64,000 bases of DNA from a virus. The position numbers and the translations under genes are program-made. Position 1 is the first letter of the stretch; each line of letters opens with the position of its first letter. Positions 10,023-19,641 of this stretch are shown piece after piece. The stretch spans positions 96,001 through 160,000 of the IMG/VR virus record IMGVR_UViG_3300047312_000028. The stretch is one strand, 5' to 3'. The notes beneath the pieces are model-generated. The model did no database searches. It saw only the letters and a list, made by a program, of their open reading frames with translations, and was not told where the DNA came from.

Positions 10023-11120
10023 ATGAAAAATGCGTTGTTAGAAGCTGCCGCTGAAATCTTAAAAGCTAGCCATTCGAGTGCACCAAAAGAAGAAATGCAC
10101 AAGATGGCCGGTGAAGTTGAAGACCTCGGTGGAGATACTCCACAAGAGCACAGCGATAAGAAACTTGACGTACATGCCAAGGAAGCAACTCCTCCAGGCA
10201 AGCAACCAGATTCGAGCACAAAAGCCGCAATGCCAACCGTCGCAGGAAAGCCAGGCGAGGCCATCGATCCAACAGAGGCTGGTGAAAAGACAGCAGAAGA
10301 GTTGGAAAGAGAACGTCGCATTAACGCCGGGTTGGAAGCAGGCGATTTGAAAGAGGGTAAGGTAGTCAGTGATGAAACATGGAAGAAGAATCTCAAAGAA
10401 GACGTTGCCGCAATCTTGGCGTCTGAATCAGGACTCTCACAAGAGTTTTCAGCCAAAGTCGGTACCATCTACGAAGCCCGCGTTACCGATAAAGTTCAGA
10501 GCATTCAGGAACAGTTAGAGAAATCTTACGAGACGAAGTTTGCCGCTGCCGTTATCGAAGTCCGCGACAGCTTGACCGAGCAAGTCAATGACTATCTCGA
10601 TTATGTTGTTGAAGAGTGGATGAAGCAGAACGAATTGGCAATCGAAAAGGGTCTCCGCTCGGAGTTGACCGAAGAGTTTATTACATCACTTCGCAACGTA
10701 TTCTTGGAACACTATATCGACATTCCTGCCGAGAAGGTCAGCATCGTTGACGAACTCGCAACGAAGGTCGAAGAGTTGACCACTTCATTGAATGAAGAAG
10801 TTGCCAAGGGTGTTGAACTCAAGAAGCAACTCGGCGAATCGAAGAAGTCAGAAATTCTCAACAGCGTATGTGATGGATTGACACAGACGCAAGTTGAAAA
10901 AGTTCGTACACTCGCAGAGAGTGTCGAATTCACCGCAGAAGGTGATTACAAGGGTAAGGTTTCAACAATCCGAGAGAACTACTTCCCAGTGTCTACAGGT
11001 AAAAAGATCGACGCGAAAGTGTTGACCGAAGCATCTGAACCATTGGCGGAAGAGAAGCCAGCAATTGTTGATGCAGGCGTGGCAAGTGTCGCTGCCTCAC
11101 TCAGCAAAATTATGAAGTAA
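10023..11120 (+). CDS. gp22: Prohead core scaffold protein
   Basis: YLDYVVEEWMKQNELAIEKGLRSEL; acidic coiled coil; precedes the major capsid gene. Confidence 0.95.
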   Translation: MKNALLEAAAEILKASHSSAPKEEMHKMAGEVEDLGGDTPQEHSDKKLDVHAKEATPPGKQPDSSTKAAMPTVAGKPGEAIDPTEAGEKTAEELERERRINAGLEAGDLKEGKVVSDETWKKNLKEDVAAILASESGLSQEFSAKVGTIYEARVTDKVQSIQEQLEKSYETKFAAAVIEVRDSLTEQVNDYLDYVVEEWMKQNELAIEKGLRSELTEEFITSLRNVFLEHYIDIPAEKVSIVDELATKVEELTTSLNEEVAKGVELKKQLGESKKSEILNSVCDGLTQTQVEKVRTLAESVEFTAEGDYKGKVSTIRENYFPVSTGKKIDAKVLTEASEPLAEEKPAIVDAGVASVAASLSKIMK

Positions 11121-11152
11121 TCACCAATACCAAAGAACGAAGGAGCATACAC

Positions 11153-12502
11153 ATGTTTTTATCAGAGAATCTAGAGAAAAAGTGGGCAGCAGTGCTTGAC
11201 CACGAATCCCTCCCAAAGATCACCGACAAGTATCGTCGCGCGGTCACTGCGATTGTTCTTGAGAACCAAGAAACCGCATTGAAGAGCGAAGCGAGAATGT
11301 TGAACGAATCTGCCCCAACCAACTCCACAGGTGGTGGGTTGACAGGTGGATCCGCCGCAGCAGGTCCAATGGCTGGTTATGATCCAATTCTTATCAGCTT
11401 GGTCCGTCGTTCCCTTCCAAACTTGATTGCATACGACGTATGCGGAGTGCAGCCAATGACCGGTCCAACAGGATTGATCTTCGCAATGCGTTCCAATTAT
11501 GCCAATGCGACAGCGGGCCGCTTGGATGAATCCTTCTACAACGAAGCCAACACTGGTTGGTCTGGTAACTTGGTTGCACAAACTGCAATCAGCTTGGCAG
11601 CAGATACTTCCCTCGGTTCCCAGAACGTGTTTGCTAGCACCATGACAACAGGTGGTGGTATCAACACAGTCACAGCAGAAGGTTTGGGTTCAGGTGGTGG
11701 TATTCCTCCATTCCAGGAAATGGGCTTCAGCATTGAAAAAGTCACGGTTACTGCAAAGACCCGTGCTTTGAAGGCTGAATACTCACTCGAACTCGCTCAG
11801 GATTTGAAGGCAATCCACGGTTTGGATGCTGAGACAGAATTGTCCAACATTCTTTCCGCAGAAGTGCTTTCTGAAATCAACCGCGAAGTCATCCGCACAA
11901 TCTACACGGTTGCGAAGGTTGGCTGCCAGGTTGGTACAACGACACCAGGTACTTTCGACCTTGACACCGACTCAAACGGTCGTTGGATGGTTGAAAAGAT
12001 CAAGGGTCTTGTATTCCAGATCGAGCGTGAAGCCAACGTCATTGCAAAGCAAACCCGTCGCGGTAAGGGTAACGTGGTCATCTGCTCTTCAGATGTGGCC
12101 TCGGCATTCGCACTCGCCGGCGTGCTTGACTATGCAGGAGCGTTGAAGGACAATGTGAACTTGAGTGTGGACGACACAGGTAACACCTACGCAGGTACCT
12201 TGCTCGGACGCTACAAGGTCTACATTGACCCTTACTTCCCAGCAGCCCAGTCAGCAGAATTCGCAGTTGTGGGTTACAAGGGTACGAACGCATTTGATGC
12301 GGGACTCTTCTACTGCCCATACGTTCCTCTCCAGATGGTTCGTGCTATTGACACGAACACCTTCCAGCCAAAGATCGGCTTCAAGACCCGATACGGTTTG
12401 GTTGCGAACCCATTCGCAGAAGGTCTCGTACAGGGTCTTGGTGCATTGAACGCAAAGGCGAACATGTACTACAGAGCATTGAAGATTTCCAACATTGCAT
12501 AA
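11153..12502 (+). CDS. gp23: Major capsid protein
   Basis: GVQPMTGPTGLIFAMR, RALKAEYSLELAQDLKAIHGLDAE, FQPKIGFKTRYG; propeptide cleavage site LNE/S. Confidence 0.99.
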   Translation: MFLSENLEKKWAAVLDHESLPKITDKYRRAVTAIVLENQETALKSEARMLNESAPTNSTGGGLTGGSAAAGPMAGYDPILISLVRRSLPNLIAYDVCGVQPMTGPTGLIFAMRSNYANATAGRLDESFYNEANTGWSGNLVAQTAISLAADTSLGSQNVFASTMTTGGGINTVTAEGLGSGGGIPPFQEMGFSIEKVTVTAKTRALKAEYSLELAQDLKAIHGLDAETELSNILSAEVLSEINREVIRTIYTVAKVGCQVGTTTPGTFDLDTDSNGRWMVEKIKGLVFQIEREANVIAKQTRRGKGNVVICSSDVASAFALAGVLDYAGALKDNVNLSVDDTGNTYAGTLLGRYKVYIDPYFPAAQSAEFAVVGYKGTNAFDAGLFYCPYVPLQMVRAIDTNTFQPKIGFKTRYGLVANPFAEGLVQGLGALNAKANMYYRALKISNIA

Positions 12503-12531
12503 GCAATTTGGGACTTGAATCTCTCAAACAC

Positions 12532-12566
12532 AGGGGTGCTTCCGTAAGGGGCACCCCTTTTGTTTT
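12532..12566 (+). terminator. Intrinsic terminator after gp23
   Basis: AGGGGTGCTTCC-GTAA-GGGGCACCCCT stem followed by TTTGTTTT. Confidence 0.9.
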
Positions 12567-12578
12567 ATCCGAGGACCT

Positions 12579-12887
12579 ATGCAAATCAGTCTATATCTTC
12601 GCACGACAGAGACAGGACACCTGCACTGGTGCCCGGCCTGTGATTGGGCCCATGGCATCCCATATACTTGGAAGTTCGACGGAAATGTAGATAGCCCAAC
12701 ATTTGATCCCAGTGTCAAAATTCAATGGTGGGATCGTAAACTTCAAGGTATCAGAAACTACGAATGTTGTCACTACAATCTAATCGCTGGTAAGTTAATC
12801 TTTCACGAAGATTGCACACATGCAATGCGTAACAGTACTGTCCCCCTTCCATTACTCCCAAAACATCTGCTTGACAACCCCTCATAA
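12579..12887 (+). CDS. DUF6527-like small Cys/His protein
   Basis: HWCPAC..H, WKFDGNVDSPTFDPS, CH..G...FHEDCTH pattern. Confidence 0.65.
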   Translation: MQISLYLRTTETGHLHWCPACDWAHGIPYTWKFDGNVDSPTFDPSVKIQWWDRKLQGIRNYECCHYNLIAGKLIFHEDCTHAMRNSTVPLPLLPKHLLDNPS

Positions 12888-12899
12888 ATAGAGTACAAT
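12871..12899 (+). promoter_or_regulatory. Sigma70-type promoter TTGACA-17-TACAAT with nested late promoter CATAAATA (12883-12890)
   Basis: Hexamers and 17-bp spacing read directly from the sequence. Confidence 0.75.
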
Positions 12900-12916
12900 G
12901 ACCCACTGGAGAACCT

Positions 12917-13402
12917 ATGTCAGTAATTGTCTGGGCGCTCTTCTTCGTACTCACAAGCCCGGTAACGGGTCTTGACCGCACCACCCTTCTCAATAAATAC
13001 GAATCTGAAGAACAATGTGAGAAGAGCAAAGTGAAGGTCACGGAAGGCATGGAAGCCACGTATCCCAATGATACGTCTTTCAAACTTGTCTGCCGGGATA
13101 TTACACCAAGTCGGTATACAAGCTATCATGAACTGTTACTCACATGGGCAGATGAACAGCGCCCAGGTGAACGTTATACGATCTCGGTACGCAGAGTTGC
13201 AGAATTCTATACACCAGAAAACGATGGCGCGATTGCCATAGGTGTCACGATCAGATATAAAGATGGCAAACAAGACTATATGGTCATGTTCAGTGGCGGT
13301 GATGTAGTCAAAGTTCTCGGTGCAGTCGAAATGCAATTTGCTGATGAAGAAGATGAAGATAATGAAGGAGAAGGAGTATTCTCCGGTAAGGATCAAGCGT
13401 GA
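12917..13402 (+). CDS. Hypothetical exported/membrane protein
   Basis: Hydrophobic N-terminal signal-like segment, GGAG SD, acidic tail. Confidence 0.65.
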   Translation: MSVIVWALFFVLTSPVTGLDRTTLLNKYESEEQCEKSKVKVTEGMEATYPNDTSFKLVCRDITPSRYTSYHELLLTWADEQRPGERYTISVRRVAEFYTPENDGAIAIGVTIRYKDGKQDYMVMFSGGDVVKVLGAVEMQFADEEDEDNEGEGVFSGKDQA

Positions 13403-13917
13403 AAGTGATTAACTTGTTTGCGGGCCCGGGTTGCGGAAAGTCAACGACAGCAGCAGGCCTGTTTTTCTTAATGAAGCATGAAGGGTATCGTGTTGAATTA
13501 GTTACGGAATATGCCAAAGATATTACCTGGGCAGATCGTTGTAAAGAACTCAATGACCAACTCTACATTACTGCCAAACAGAACCATCGACAGTTCTTGC
13601 TTCGTGATAAAGTAGACTATTGCATCACTGATAGCCCACTGTTGATTTGTTTGGTCTATGCACGAATGATGCCAAGTAGCTTTGCTCCACTCGTGAAAGA
13701 TTTGTTTCAAGAATACGACAATCTGGCAGTCACACTGAAGCGCGTCAAGCCATATGTTGTGTTTGGTCGCACACAAACAGAAGAGCAAGCACGAGAACTC
13801 GACCGTCAAATAGGACACCTTGTAGATTCATGTGTCTCCCCCGATAAGATCATGGAGACTGATGGAGATTTCAGGGCCGCAGAGAATATATTTACCTGGA
13901 TCAAGGAGCGAGAATGA
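13399..13917 (+). CDS. NadR/Ttd14-like AAA_28 P-loop kinase/ATPase
   Basis: INLFAGPGCGKST Walker A, ELVTEYAK, ITDSPLL. Confidence 0.75.
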   Translation: MKVINLFAGPGCGKSTTAAGLFFLMKHEGYRVELVTEYAKDITWADRCKELNDQLYITAKQNHRQFLLRDKVDYCITDSPLLICLVYARMMPSSFAPLVKDLFQEYDNLAVTLKRVKPYVVFGRTQTEEQARELDRQIGHLVDSCVSPDKIMETDGDFRAAENIFTWIKERE

Positions 13918-14453
13918 GTATTCCATCGGTGCCGCATACCCCGCAAAATCCCAATGTCTTGCATCCAAATAAGTTCGTGGTCAGCTTTGCTGCTCTACCT
14001 GATGTAGAATACTGGTGTCAATCAGTAAACGTCCCAGGCCTTACTTTGGGAGAAGCTATACGAGCCACGCCATTCATTGACCTCTATTCACCAGGTGACA
14101 AGCTCATTATTAACCCATTCGCTATCACATTCACAGTAGATGAAGACTTACTTGGGTGGCTTGAAGTTTACAAATGGATGCGAGGTATTACATTCCCAAA
14201 AGAATTCAGCGAATACGCAAATCTCGACAAGCGATTCGCCGCATGGAAGACACCTATGCCACAATTCTCAGATGCCACATTGGTCATTCTTGACTCAAAA
14301 CAGAACGCAAGAATTCGCGTCAAGTTCCACAATTGTTTCCCTACCAGTCTGACGGATCTTCTCTTGTCAGCAACAAGCTCTCCAGAAAGTCCAGTTACCG
14401 CCGATGCAGTCTTCCGATTCGATTTGTATGAAATCGAGCGGCTAAGACCTTGA
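13914..14453 (+). CDS. gp3: Tail completion and sheath stabilizer protein
   Basis: NVLHPNKF, CQSVNVPG, FTVDEDL..W.E...W, SDATL, FPTSL; synteny gp23-gp3-uvsY. Confidence 0.9.
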   Translation: MSIPSVPHTPQNPNVLHPNKFVVSFAALPDVEYWCQSVNVPGLTLGEAIRATPFIDLYSPGDKLIINPFAITFTVDEDLLGWLEVYKWMRGITFPKEFSEYANLDKRFAAWKTPMPQFSDATLVILDSKQNARIRVKFHNCFPTSLTDLLLSATSSPESPVTADAVFRFDLYEIERLRP

Positions 14454-14478
14454 CTTTTAAGATAAAATCTGATATACT
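14450..14478 (+). promoter_or_regulatory. Sigma70-type promoter TTGACT-17-TATACT for uvsY
   Basis: Hexamers with 17-bp spacer; ATG 7 nt downstream. Confidence 0.75.
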
Positions 14479-14484
14479 GCTTCT

Positions 14485-14949
14485 ATGATACTTGACACCA
14501 AAAATCCATCCAGTGAGCAAGTGGATGCACTACTCGCTGAATGGGCGACAGATGCGAAAATGGACCGTATAGAAATCTCTTCTGAACTCAAGAAGATCGG
14601 TTCACTACACTCTAAATACCTCACGATTCTATCTGCCCATCGTCGCGCTCTCAAGGAGAAGGAGCGAATCTATCACAAACTCTACAGAGTCAAGTATGAG
14701 TATTATACAGGCCGCCTGGACCAAGACACACTCAAGAAAAATAACTGGCAGCCATTCCCCTATACATTGAAGTCTGATATCTCGACATATATGAACAGTG
14801 ACCCAGACATTCTTAATGCGAAACGGGTTCTAGGCATTCACGAAGAAGTGCTTGAAATCTGTCAGATGATCTTGAAAGAACTCGGATCGCGCACGTTCCA
14901 ACTCAAAGATATCAGTCAGTGGGAACGATTTATAGCTGGCGTACATTGA
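14485..14949 (+). CDS. uvsY: Recombination mediator UvsY
   Basis: LHSKYL, KYEYYTG, RTFQLKDISQWERFIAG. Confidence 0.92.
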   Translation: MILDTKNPSSEQVDALLAEWATDAKMDRIEISSELKKIGSLHSKYLTILSAHRRALKEKERIYHKLYRVKYEYYTGRLDQDTLKKNNWQPFPYTLKSDISTYMNSDPDILNAKRVLGIHEEVLEICQMILKELGSRTFQLKDISQWERFIAGVH

Positions 14950-15335
14950 TGTTTGGCAAATCTCTCGATGAAATCTTAGGATCCCAAGTAAGATTAACAG
15001 ATAAAGATAAGAATAAGTTTTTATCTGATTGTGGCACTCCGATTTCTAGTGTAGAAGCAAAAAGAAGAAATTTAGTCATAGTCGAATGCCCCAAGTGCCA
15101 TGTGTCTGGTAATGAACCGAACATGCGCCGATGGCACTTCGATAGATGCGCCCAGCCTTTACTCAATTGCAAACAATGTACAACAGTCATAAAGAGACAA
15201 GGAATTAAACCTTGGCTCTATAAGCAGAAAAAATACTGTAGCAAGAAGTGCTTCCAGGAAAGCAGCAGAGGGGTTAAAAGATCCCCATTATCAGAAGAAA
15301 CTAAAAAGAGAATAAGTATAGCCAAAAGAAGGTAA
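14949..15335 (+). mobile_element. Homing-endonuclease-derived ORF (Zn-binding CPKC..MRRWHFDRC and NUMOD3 motif), no catalytic domain seen
   Basis: LSEETKKRISIAK NUMOD3-like motif; AT-rich; inserted between uvsY and uvsW. Confidence 0.65.
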
Positions 15336-16805
15336 TTGCAGGTGTTCATTAGCACTATTTTTGTCTCAAAAAAAGATGAATCATTCATACAAATCAGCGC
15401 AGAAGACTCCGTTGGATATGAACTATCGGAGTACTTCTCTTTCTACGCGCCTGGCTATCAGTACACCCCTCTCTTCAAAAACGGCATGTGGGATGGTAAG
15501 GTACGTTTGTACAACCGTCGCTACAACACTCTTCCAGCAGGCCTCATAGGATATCTACAGAAGTTCGCTGCCGATCGCCAGTATAACATTACCATCGACG
15601 ATGCTGTTCTTATTACCACTAACTTCTCAATCGCTGAAGCGGATGCTTTTGCAAAAAGTTTAAGTCTTCCACACATTCCACACGATCACCAGATTGAAGC
15701 ATTTGCGAAGAGCATTCGTAATCGTCGAATTTTGGTGGTCAGCCCTACAGGATCTGGCAAGTCACTCTTGATGTATATGATTGTTCGGTATCTGCAATTG
15801 AGTTATAAACGCGGCTTGGTGATCGTTCCTACCACGTCATTAGTCGAACAACTATTTACAGACTTTATCTCCTATGGATGGAACTCAAACAAATATGTTC
15901 ACAGAATGTACGCTGGCAAGTCAAAGAAGATTGAGCATTTCTTAACGATCTCGACATGGCAGACATTGCATCTACAAGACCCAGAATACTTGAAGCAGTT
16001 CGACTTTGTACTTGGTGATGAAGCACATAACTTCAAAGCAAAGTCATTGACGGATATCATGGGTGGTCTCACCAATGCAGCGGTTAGAGTGGGTACGACC
16101 GGCACACTTGACGGTACCAAGGTGCATAAACTTGTACTTGAAGGTCACTTCGGACCTGTGTTCCAAGCCGCAACAACACGACAACTTATGGATGAAGGGA
16201 AGCTGGCGGATCTGAAGATCAAGTGCTTGATTCTGAAATATCCGGAAGAGACCTGTAAGAGTTTGAAGAAATCAACCTATGCCGAAGAGTATGAAGCTGT
16301 GATTCTCTCTGAATCACGCAAGAAGTTCATCCGCAATCTTGTCTTGTCACTCAAGGGGAATACGCTGATTCTGTTTCAGCTAGTGCGGAAGCACGGCGGA
16401 CCGATGTACGACGATATTGTGGCACACACCAAAGACCGTAACATCTTTTTCGTGCATGGTGGCGTTGATACGATGGACCGTGAAGACGTTCGACGAATCA
16501 CTGAAGAAAGCACTGATGCTGTGATTGTGGCATCATATGGAACATTCAGCACAGGCACGAATATCAAGAACATCGACAATGTAATTCTTGGTGCTCCATC
16601 GAAAGCGAGAATCAGAAACCTGCAATCAATCGGGCGAGGATTGAGAAAAACAGATACCAAAAATTCAGTCATGTTGTTTGATATCGTCGATGATCTACGA
16701 GTTGGTAAACATGTCAACTTCTTATTGAAGCATTTTGTCGAACGTGCCAACATCTATAACGAAGAAAAGTTTCCATTCAAGCAATACATGATAGACCTCA
16801 AATGA
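15336..16805 (+). CDS. uvsW: DNA helicase UvsW
   Basis: SPTGSGKS, GDEAH, GTTGT, LQSIGRGLR; exact start uncertain (TTG/GTG). Confidence 0.96.
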   Translation: MQVFISTIFVSKKDESFIQISAEDSVGYELSEYFSFYAPGYQYTPLFKNGMWDGKVRLYNRRYNTLPAGLIGYLQKFAADRQYNITIDDAVLITTNFSIAEADAFAKSLSLPHIPHDHQIEAFAKSIRNRRILVVSPTGSGKSLLMYMIVRYLQLSYKRGLVIVPTTSLVEQLFTDFISYGWNSNKYVHRMYAGKSKKIEHFLTISTWQTLHLQDPEYLKQFDFVLGDEAHNFKAKSLTDIMGGLTNAAVRVGTTGTLDGTKVHKLVLEGHFGPVFQAATTRQLMDEGKLADLKIKCLILKYPEETCKSLKKSTYAEEYEAVILSESRKKFIRNLVLSLKGNTLILFQLVRKHGGPMYDDIVAHTKDRNIFFVHGGVDTMDREDVRRITEESTDAVIVASYGTFSTGTNIKNIDNVILGAPSKARIRNLQSIGRGLRKTDTKNSVMLFDIVDDLRVGKHVNFLLKHFVERANIYNEEKFPFKQYMIDLK

Positions 16806-17182
16806 AAATGACCAAAGAAGAGGTGGCGTCTTACCATGCCAACTATTACCGCAACAACAAAGATAAATGGAAGCCCAACACAAGAACCAGTGCAGTAAGA
16901 AGAGCGGACGGTCAAAAACTAAAAAATCTAGTGTTCAGTCATTATGGAACAGTTTGTCAATGTTGTGGAGAATCTAGATTGGTGTTCTTAGCTTTGGACC
17001 ACATTCATAACAATGGAAAAGAAGACAGAAAAATTACTGGGCTGGGACAAAATCTCTATCGATGGCTGAAACTTAATAATTACCCAGACGGGTATCAAGT
17101 GTTATGTCATAATTGTAATTGGGCAAAAAGAGATGGAATATGTCCCCACAAGATAGAGAATGTCATTGATCTAAAAGGATAG
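16802..17182 (+). mobile_element. HNH endonuclease (free-standing homing endonuclease-like)
   Basis: CQCCGE..LALDHIHNNG...YQVLCHNCNWAK; AT-rich. Confidence 0.8.
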
Positions 17183-17194
17183 TTGTGCTATAAT
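17166..17194 (+). promoter_or_regulatory. Sigma70-type promoter TTGATC-17-TATAAT (extended -10)
   Basis: Read from sequence; TG at the extended -10 position. Confidence 0.65.
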
Positions 17195-17202
17195 TACTTT
17201 CA

Positions 17203-17754
17203 GTGAAACCTCTCACAAGAAAGATGGACATGGTTGAATCCAAAGCTGATAACGACATAGCAATGGTGATGCTTGAGAACAGAGATGTAATTCTAACTGA
17301 GGTACAATCAGAAGATACGACAGGACCGATAGGACAAACACGCATTCATATATTCATCACACCAGCTTTAGTCATTGCGCAGCGCGGCCTGCATGGAAGT
17401 TTGGGACTACAACTTACCCCGTGGCTCCCATATGAAATCATGTCTGGCTCACACATTGAATACAGAAAAGATAAGATTATCGGCATATTACAACCCAATC
17501 CCCATCTTGTGACATATTACAAATCGTGGGCGAAGATCGAACGAGACAAACAGGTAGAGTTTGGTAAAGACTTTGCCAGTCAGATCGGAGAACTTCAAGA
17601 GTACCACGATCAGAAATATGCACGAACAAAACAAATGCACCAAGAGGAGAATGCTGCATCGCCTGTACCAAATCAGCACTCCGCACTGACACCGATTATC
17701 TATCAAATGTTCGACGAGGACAAGGATTGGGGAGACTCAGGCACGACCCATTAA
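17203..17754 (+). CDS. Hypothetical protein upstream of gp55
   Basis: Long ORF in the conserved uvsW-gp55 interval. Confidence 0.7.
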   Translation: MKPLTRKMDMVESKADNDIAMVMLENRDVILTEVQSEDTTGPIGQTRIHIFITPALVIAQRGLHGSLGLQLTPWLPYEIMSGSHIEYRKDKIIGILQPNPHLVTYYKSWAKIERDKQVEFGKDFASQIGELQEYHDQKYARTKQMHQEENAASPVPNQHSALTPIIYQMFDEDKDWGDSGTTH

Positions 17755-17762
17755 GGAGATTC

Positions 17763-18317
17763 ATGGCCCAGGCTCATTATGTCAATAATCAAGATTTATT
17801 GAAAGCACTCATTGAACACAGACAAGCACTGAAAGAAGCAAAAAAGACCAAGCAAACTCCACCTGAATTGAGTGAGTATCTTGGTACCTGTTTTCTCAAG
17901 ATCGCCGAGCATCTTTCGCGCAAACCGAACTTCATGTCCTACACGTTTCGTGAGGATATGATTTCCGACGCGGTAGAGAACTGTATTCAGTATGTCAACA
18001 ACTTCAATCCAGCGAAGTCCAAGAACCCCTTCGCCTACTTCACCCAAATCATCTACTTCGCTTTTCTGAGACGAATCAGCAAAGAGAAGAAACAACTTTA
18101 CGTTAAATACAAAGCGACTGAACAGCTTGGTATCTTACAGAACACTGAAATGCACGACCTCGATGGGATAGGTCAAGGAGGCGGTAAAGCGTTCCAAGTA
18201 TATGAAAACATTACAGAATTCATTCAAACGTTCGAGCAGGGGCGTAAAAACAAGAAACGTACCAAGAAGTCAACGAAGACAGCAACGCGCGGAACACTTA
18301 AATTTATAGGTGACTAA
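17763..18317 (+). CDS. gp55: Late transcription sigma factor
   Basis: HYVNN, NFMSYTFREDMISDAVENC, NPFAYFTQIIYFAFLRRI; AAGGAG SD before ATG 17763. Confidence 0.97.
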   Translation: MAQAHYVNNQDLLKALIEHRQALKEAKKTKQTPPELSEYLGTCFLKIAEHLSRKPNFMSYTFREDMISDAVENCIQYVNNFNPAKSKNPFAYFTQIIYFAFLRRISKEKKQLYVKYKATEQLGILQNTEMHDLDGIGQGGGKAFQVYENITEFIQTFEQGRKNKKRTKKSTKTATRGTLKFIGD

Positions 18318-18559
18318 TGTCCAAAGGTAAATTTCAACCGCAACCACAACGTTCTCAGATCGATCAACTCGAACAGAGAATGGAAAAGCTTGAGAAACGA
18401 ATCGAAGCATTAGAACGACAGCAACAAAGCGACCACGGCAGACTCGGTCCAGCAGTCATGGGATCGGGCAAAGATAGTCCGTTCTTGGAAATGCAAGACC
18501 GCATTAAAGAACTCGAAGATCAGAATATCTTTGGTCTCAACCAACGAATAGGTTTTTAA
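18317..18559 (+). CDS. Small coiled-coil hypothetical protein
   Basis: Translationally coupled (TAATG) at both ends. Confidence 0.65.
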   Translation: MSKGKFQPQPQRSQIDQLEQRMEKLEKRIEALERQQQSDHGRLGPAVMGSGKDSPFLEMQDRIKELEDQNIFGLNQRIGF

Positions 18560-19641
18560 TGAAGCTGGCACTAATCAACGACACGCACGCCGGAGCGCGT
18601 AGTGATAACCCACAGGTGAATGAATATTTCTTTCGTTTCTGGAACGATATCTTCTTTCCTTCGCTCACCAAATATAATATCGACAAAATCATCCACTTGG
18701 GTGATGTAGTCGACCGTCGCAAGTTCATTAACTTCGCAATTTGGTATAAGTGGAAGAAGGATTTCTTTGATCGTATTCAGAACGAATTCAATCTTCCTAT
18801 AGACATGCTCTGTGGTAACCACGACGTATACTATAGAAATACCAATGATGTGAATGCGTTAGATGAATTGCTGGGTAACTATCCCAACATTCGTATCTTC
18901 AAAGAAGCGCAAGACATGCAATATGGTAGCTTGAACGTCGCCTTAATCCCGTGGATTAACTCAGGCAACCTTGAGCGCAGCATGACCTATATTAACGAGA
19001 CCAAGGCGCCTGTGATCTTCGGTCACTTAGAAATCTCAGGCTTTGAGATGGACAACGGCAACGTGTGCCTTACCGGTTTGACCAAAGATGTATTTGATCG
19101 ATTCGACATGGTTCTGTCAGGTCACTTTCATCACCGATCAAGCGACGGATCAATCTTCTATCTCGGTAACCAATATGAAATGACATGGGCCGACTACAAG
19201 GACCCGCGCGGCTTCCATATCTTCGATACCGAAACAAGAGACTTGACTTATATCGAAAATCCATATAGACTGTTCCATAAGATTACTTACGATGATAGTC
19301 TCCAGAGCTTTGAATTCTGGAAGAATCATGCGTTCAAAAAGTACACAAGTTCGTATGTGAAAGTCGTAGTCGTTCGCAAGCAGAATCCTTATCTATTCGA
19401 CACGTTCATGGACATGCTGTACAAGGCATCCCCTCTCGACGTGACTACAGTAGAAGATTACACAGAGACCGCACTAGATGCCGCACAAGGTGTAGTCAAT
19501 CAGGCAGAAGATACCGTGACCATCATTCGCAAGTGCGTCGATGGCATGAAGATGCCTGGTGGTGTGGATCCAGAAAAGCTCAAAGGTATTCTGCAAGAGA
19601 TTTATGTTGAAGCGGTAAATACGGAAACGGACGCGCAATAA
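18559..19641 (+). CDS. gp47: Recombination endonuclease subunit (Mre11/SbcD-like)
   Basis: DTHAG, HLGDVVD, GNHD, GHLE, SGHFH metallophosphoesterase motifs. Confidence 0.97.
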   Translation: MKLALINDTHAGARSDNPQVNEYFFRFWNDIFFPSLTKYNIDKIIHLGDVVDRRKFINFAIWYKWKKDFFDRIQNEFNLPIDMLCGNHDVYYRNTNDVNALDELLGNYPNIRIFKEAQDMQYGSLNVALIPWINSGNLERSMTYINETKAPVIFGHLEISGFEMDNGNVCLTGLTKDVFDRFDMVLSGHFHHRSSDGSIFYLGNQYEMTWADYKDPRGFHIFDTETRDLTYIENPYRLFHKITYDDSLQSFEFWKNHAFKKYTSSYVKVVVVRKQNPYLFDTFMDMLYKASPLDVTTVEDYTETALDAAQGVVNQAEDTVTIIRKCVDGMKMPGGVDPEKLKGILQEIYVEAVNTETDAQ

